Shown here piece by piece: positions 62,815 to 64,000 of a stretch of 64,000 nucleotides of DNA. Numbering within the stretch: position 1 is the stretch's first letter; each line of letters begins with the position of its first letter. The notes beneath the pieces are model-generated. The model was not told where the DNA came from, did not search any database, and was given only the letters and a program-made list of their open reading frames with translations. Origin of the DNA: Clostridia bacterium (GTDB taxonomy: Bacteria > Bacillota > Clostridia > Oscillospirales > CAG-272). The stretch spans positions 644-64,643 of the forward strand of contig JAFQEC010000008.1 of NCBI GenBank assembly GCA_017415805.1, in the 5' to 3' direction. The position numbers were made by a program, and so were the translations under genes.

Positions 62815-63983
62815 AGCTCCACCCCATCTGCGGTATCACAAATATGCACCGAAAATTTACCTGTCAGTGCAGGAAACAGCTTCAAATATTCTTTGGTGAC
62901 CCGTTCCTCGATGCTGTGTGCAAACGAGGGATCGATCAGTGCCATACAACAGCCCTTAAAGCCTGCACCGCTAAATCTTCCGCCGTAGATGCCGTCTGTT
63001 TTCAGCATGATATCGTACAGGGCCTTTAGCTCGTCCGAGCCCGTTTCATAATTGTAAATCGAAGAGTATCCACTCTCAAAGGAAAGCTTGCCAAACGCCT
63101 CAATATCCCCGTTGCGCCACGCCTGCGCGCCTGCTTCCACACGTCGGAATTCCGTATACCAATGCTCCGCGCGCTTGCGCCAAGCATCCGGTAACTTATC
63201 CTTGTATTGCAGGTACGTTTCGTACGGCACATCACGAAGGAACGTATCGCTGAATTTTCCGTATTCCATACCGCTAAATGCCTTCAGGGCATACGCTGCG
63301 CTGCGACACTCGTCCACGCGCATATTAAATTTACTGCCTGCGAGCGTGCGCTCCACACCCGAAAAGAAAATTGCAATTTTATACGGCTTCATGCTCGGAT
63401 GCGTGGGGATCAGCTCATAGCTGTCGTCCTTGGTGTCAAGATACAGCAACTGATCCTTCTTGCAAAACACCTCACAGGACTGATCCAGCTTGCCGCACGA
63501 AACGCCAACGTATTGATTCTCCGCCGCCTGCGCCGTCAAGATCATCTCTATTTCGGTGAGATGGATCCCATTCACCTTGCAAAGCGCGGACAAAAACGCG
63601 ATCGTAACCGCCGCCGACGAGGACAGCCCGCCAATCGGCAAGGACCCCTCGATCACCCCGCAAAGTCCAACCTTTAAGGGGTATTTTTGCGATAGCATCA
63701 AGGTCGCTCCGCGCAGATAATCCGCCCAATCGTTTTCTTTTTGGTCGGGGACGGAGCTCACGTGCCATTGCGCCCGCTTTTCGAACTGCAAGGACAACAG
63801 CTCGATCACACCGTTTTGCTTGGGTGTATAAGCAATATGTATCCCTTTATCAATTGCAAAGCCCGTTATTTTGCCATACTGATGGTCACTGTGCGCACCG
63901 ATCGGGCATACACGGTACGGGCAAAACGCGATTGCCGAGGGATCTTTTTTGTAGATTGAGGTAAATTTTTGAACGCACTGCAT
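62811..63983 (-). CDS. GHMP-family anomeric sugar kinase (galactokinase-like)
   Basis: GGAGAA RBS. Galactokinase-signature-like RVCPIGAHSDHQYG. GHMP motif PIGGLSSSAAV. Confidence 0.85.
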   Translation of the reverse strand: MQCVQKFTSIYKKDPSAIAFCPYRVCPIGAHSDHQYGKITGFAIDKGIHIAYTPKQNGVIELLSLQFEKRAQWHVSSVPDQKENDWADYLRGATLMLSQKYPLKVGLCGVIEGSLPIGGLSSSAAVTIAFLSALCKVNGIHLTEIEMILTAQAAENQYVGVSCGKLDQSCEVFCKKDQLLYLDTKDDSYELIPTHPSMKPYKIAIFFSGVERTLAGSKFNMRVDECRSAAYALKAFSGMEYGKFSDTFLRDVPYETYLQYKDKLPDAWRKRAEHWYTEFRRVEAGAQAWRNGDIEAFGKLSFESGYSSIYNYETGSDELKALYDIMLKTDGIYGGRFSGAGFKGCCMALIDPSFAHSIEERVTKEYLKLFPALTGKFSVHICDTADGVEL

Positions 63984-64000
63984 ATATAATTCTCCAAACT

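Overview
Chromosomal segment from a GC-rich, spore-forming Firmicute, probably a Clostridia or Oscillospiraceae-like organism. That assignment is inferred from the sporulation genes present (alpha/beta SASP, spoVAD, spoVAEB, a SipL-like gene, an FtsK/SpoIIIE-type translocase) and a type-A RNase P RNA. About 58 CDS are supported. Most are housekeeping genes: ldh, murE, rbr, ddl, prmC, ftsK, rpsO-pnp, recG, pyk and an amino-acid ABC transporter. I also call two single tRNA genes (Leu-TAG, Gln-TTG), rnpB, and a probable cobalamin riboswitch in front of a DUF4430 lipoprotein plus membrane-protein pair. Near-consensus sigma-A promoters and hairpin terminators are frequent. I see no rRNA, CRISPR array, transposase, integrase or phage genes. 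Accessory-looking pockets: (a) a translationally coupled module of a DUF5685-like protein, a J-domain/poly-Cys protein and a membrane protein; (b) an AT-rich islet with an acidic 81-aa protein and a 51-aa RHH gene absent from the ORF track; (c) two BspA-type LRR lipoproteins and a 1287-aa helical lipoprotein, two of these three genes paired with a divergent XRE regulator and a palindromic operator; (d) an AT-richer uronic-acid nucleotide-sugar cluster at the 3' end; (e) two structured intergenic repeat elements. No single clear-cut novel system is proven. The candidates are ranked honestly below. All homology calls rest on motif recognition by eye, not database searches.
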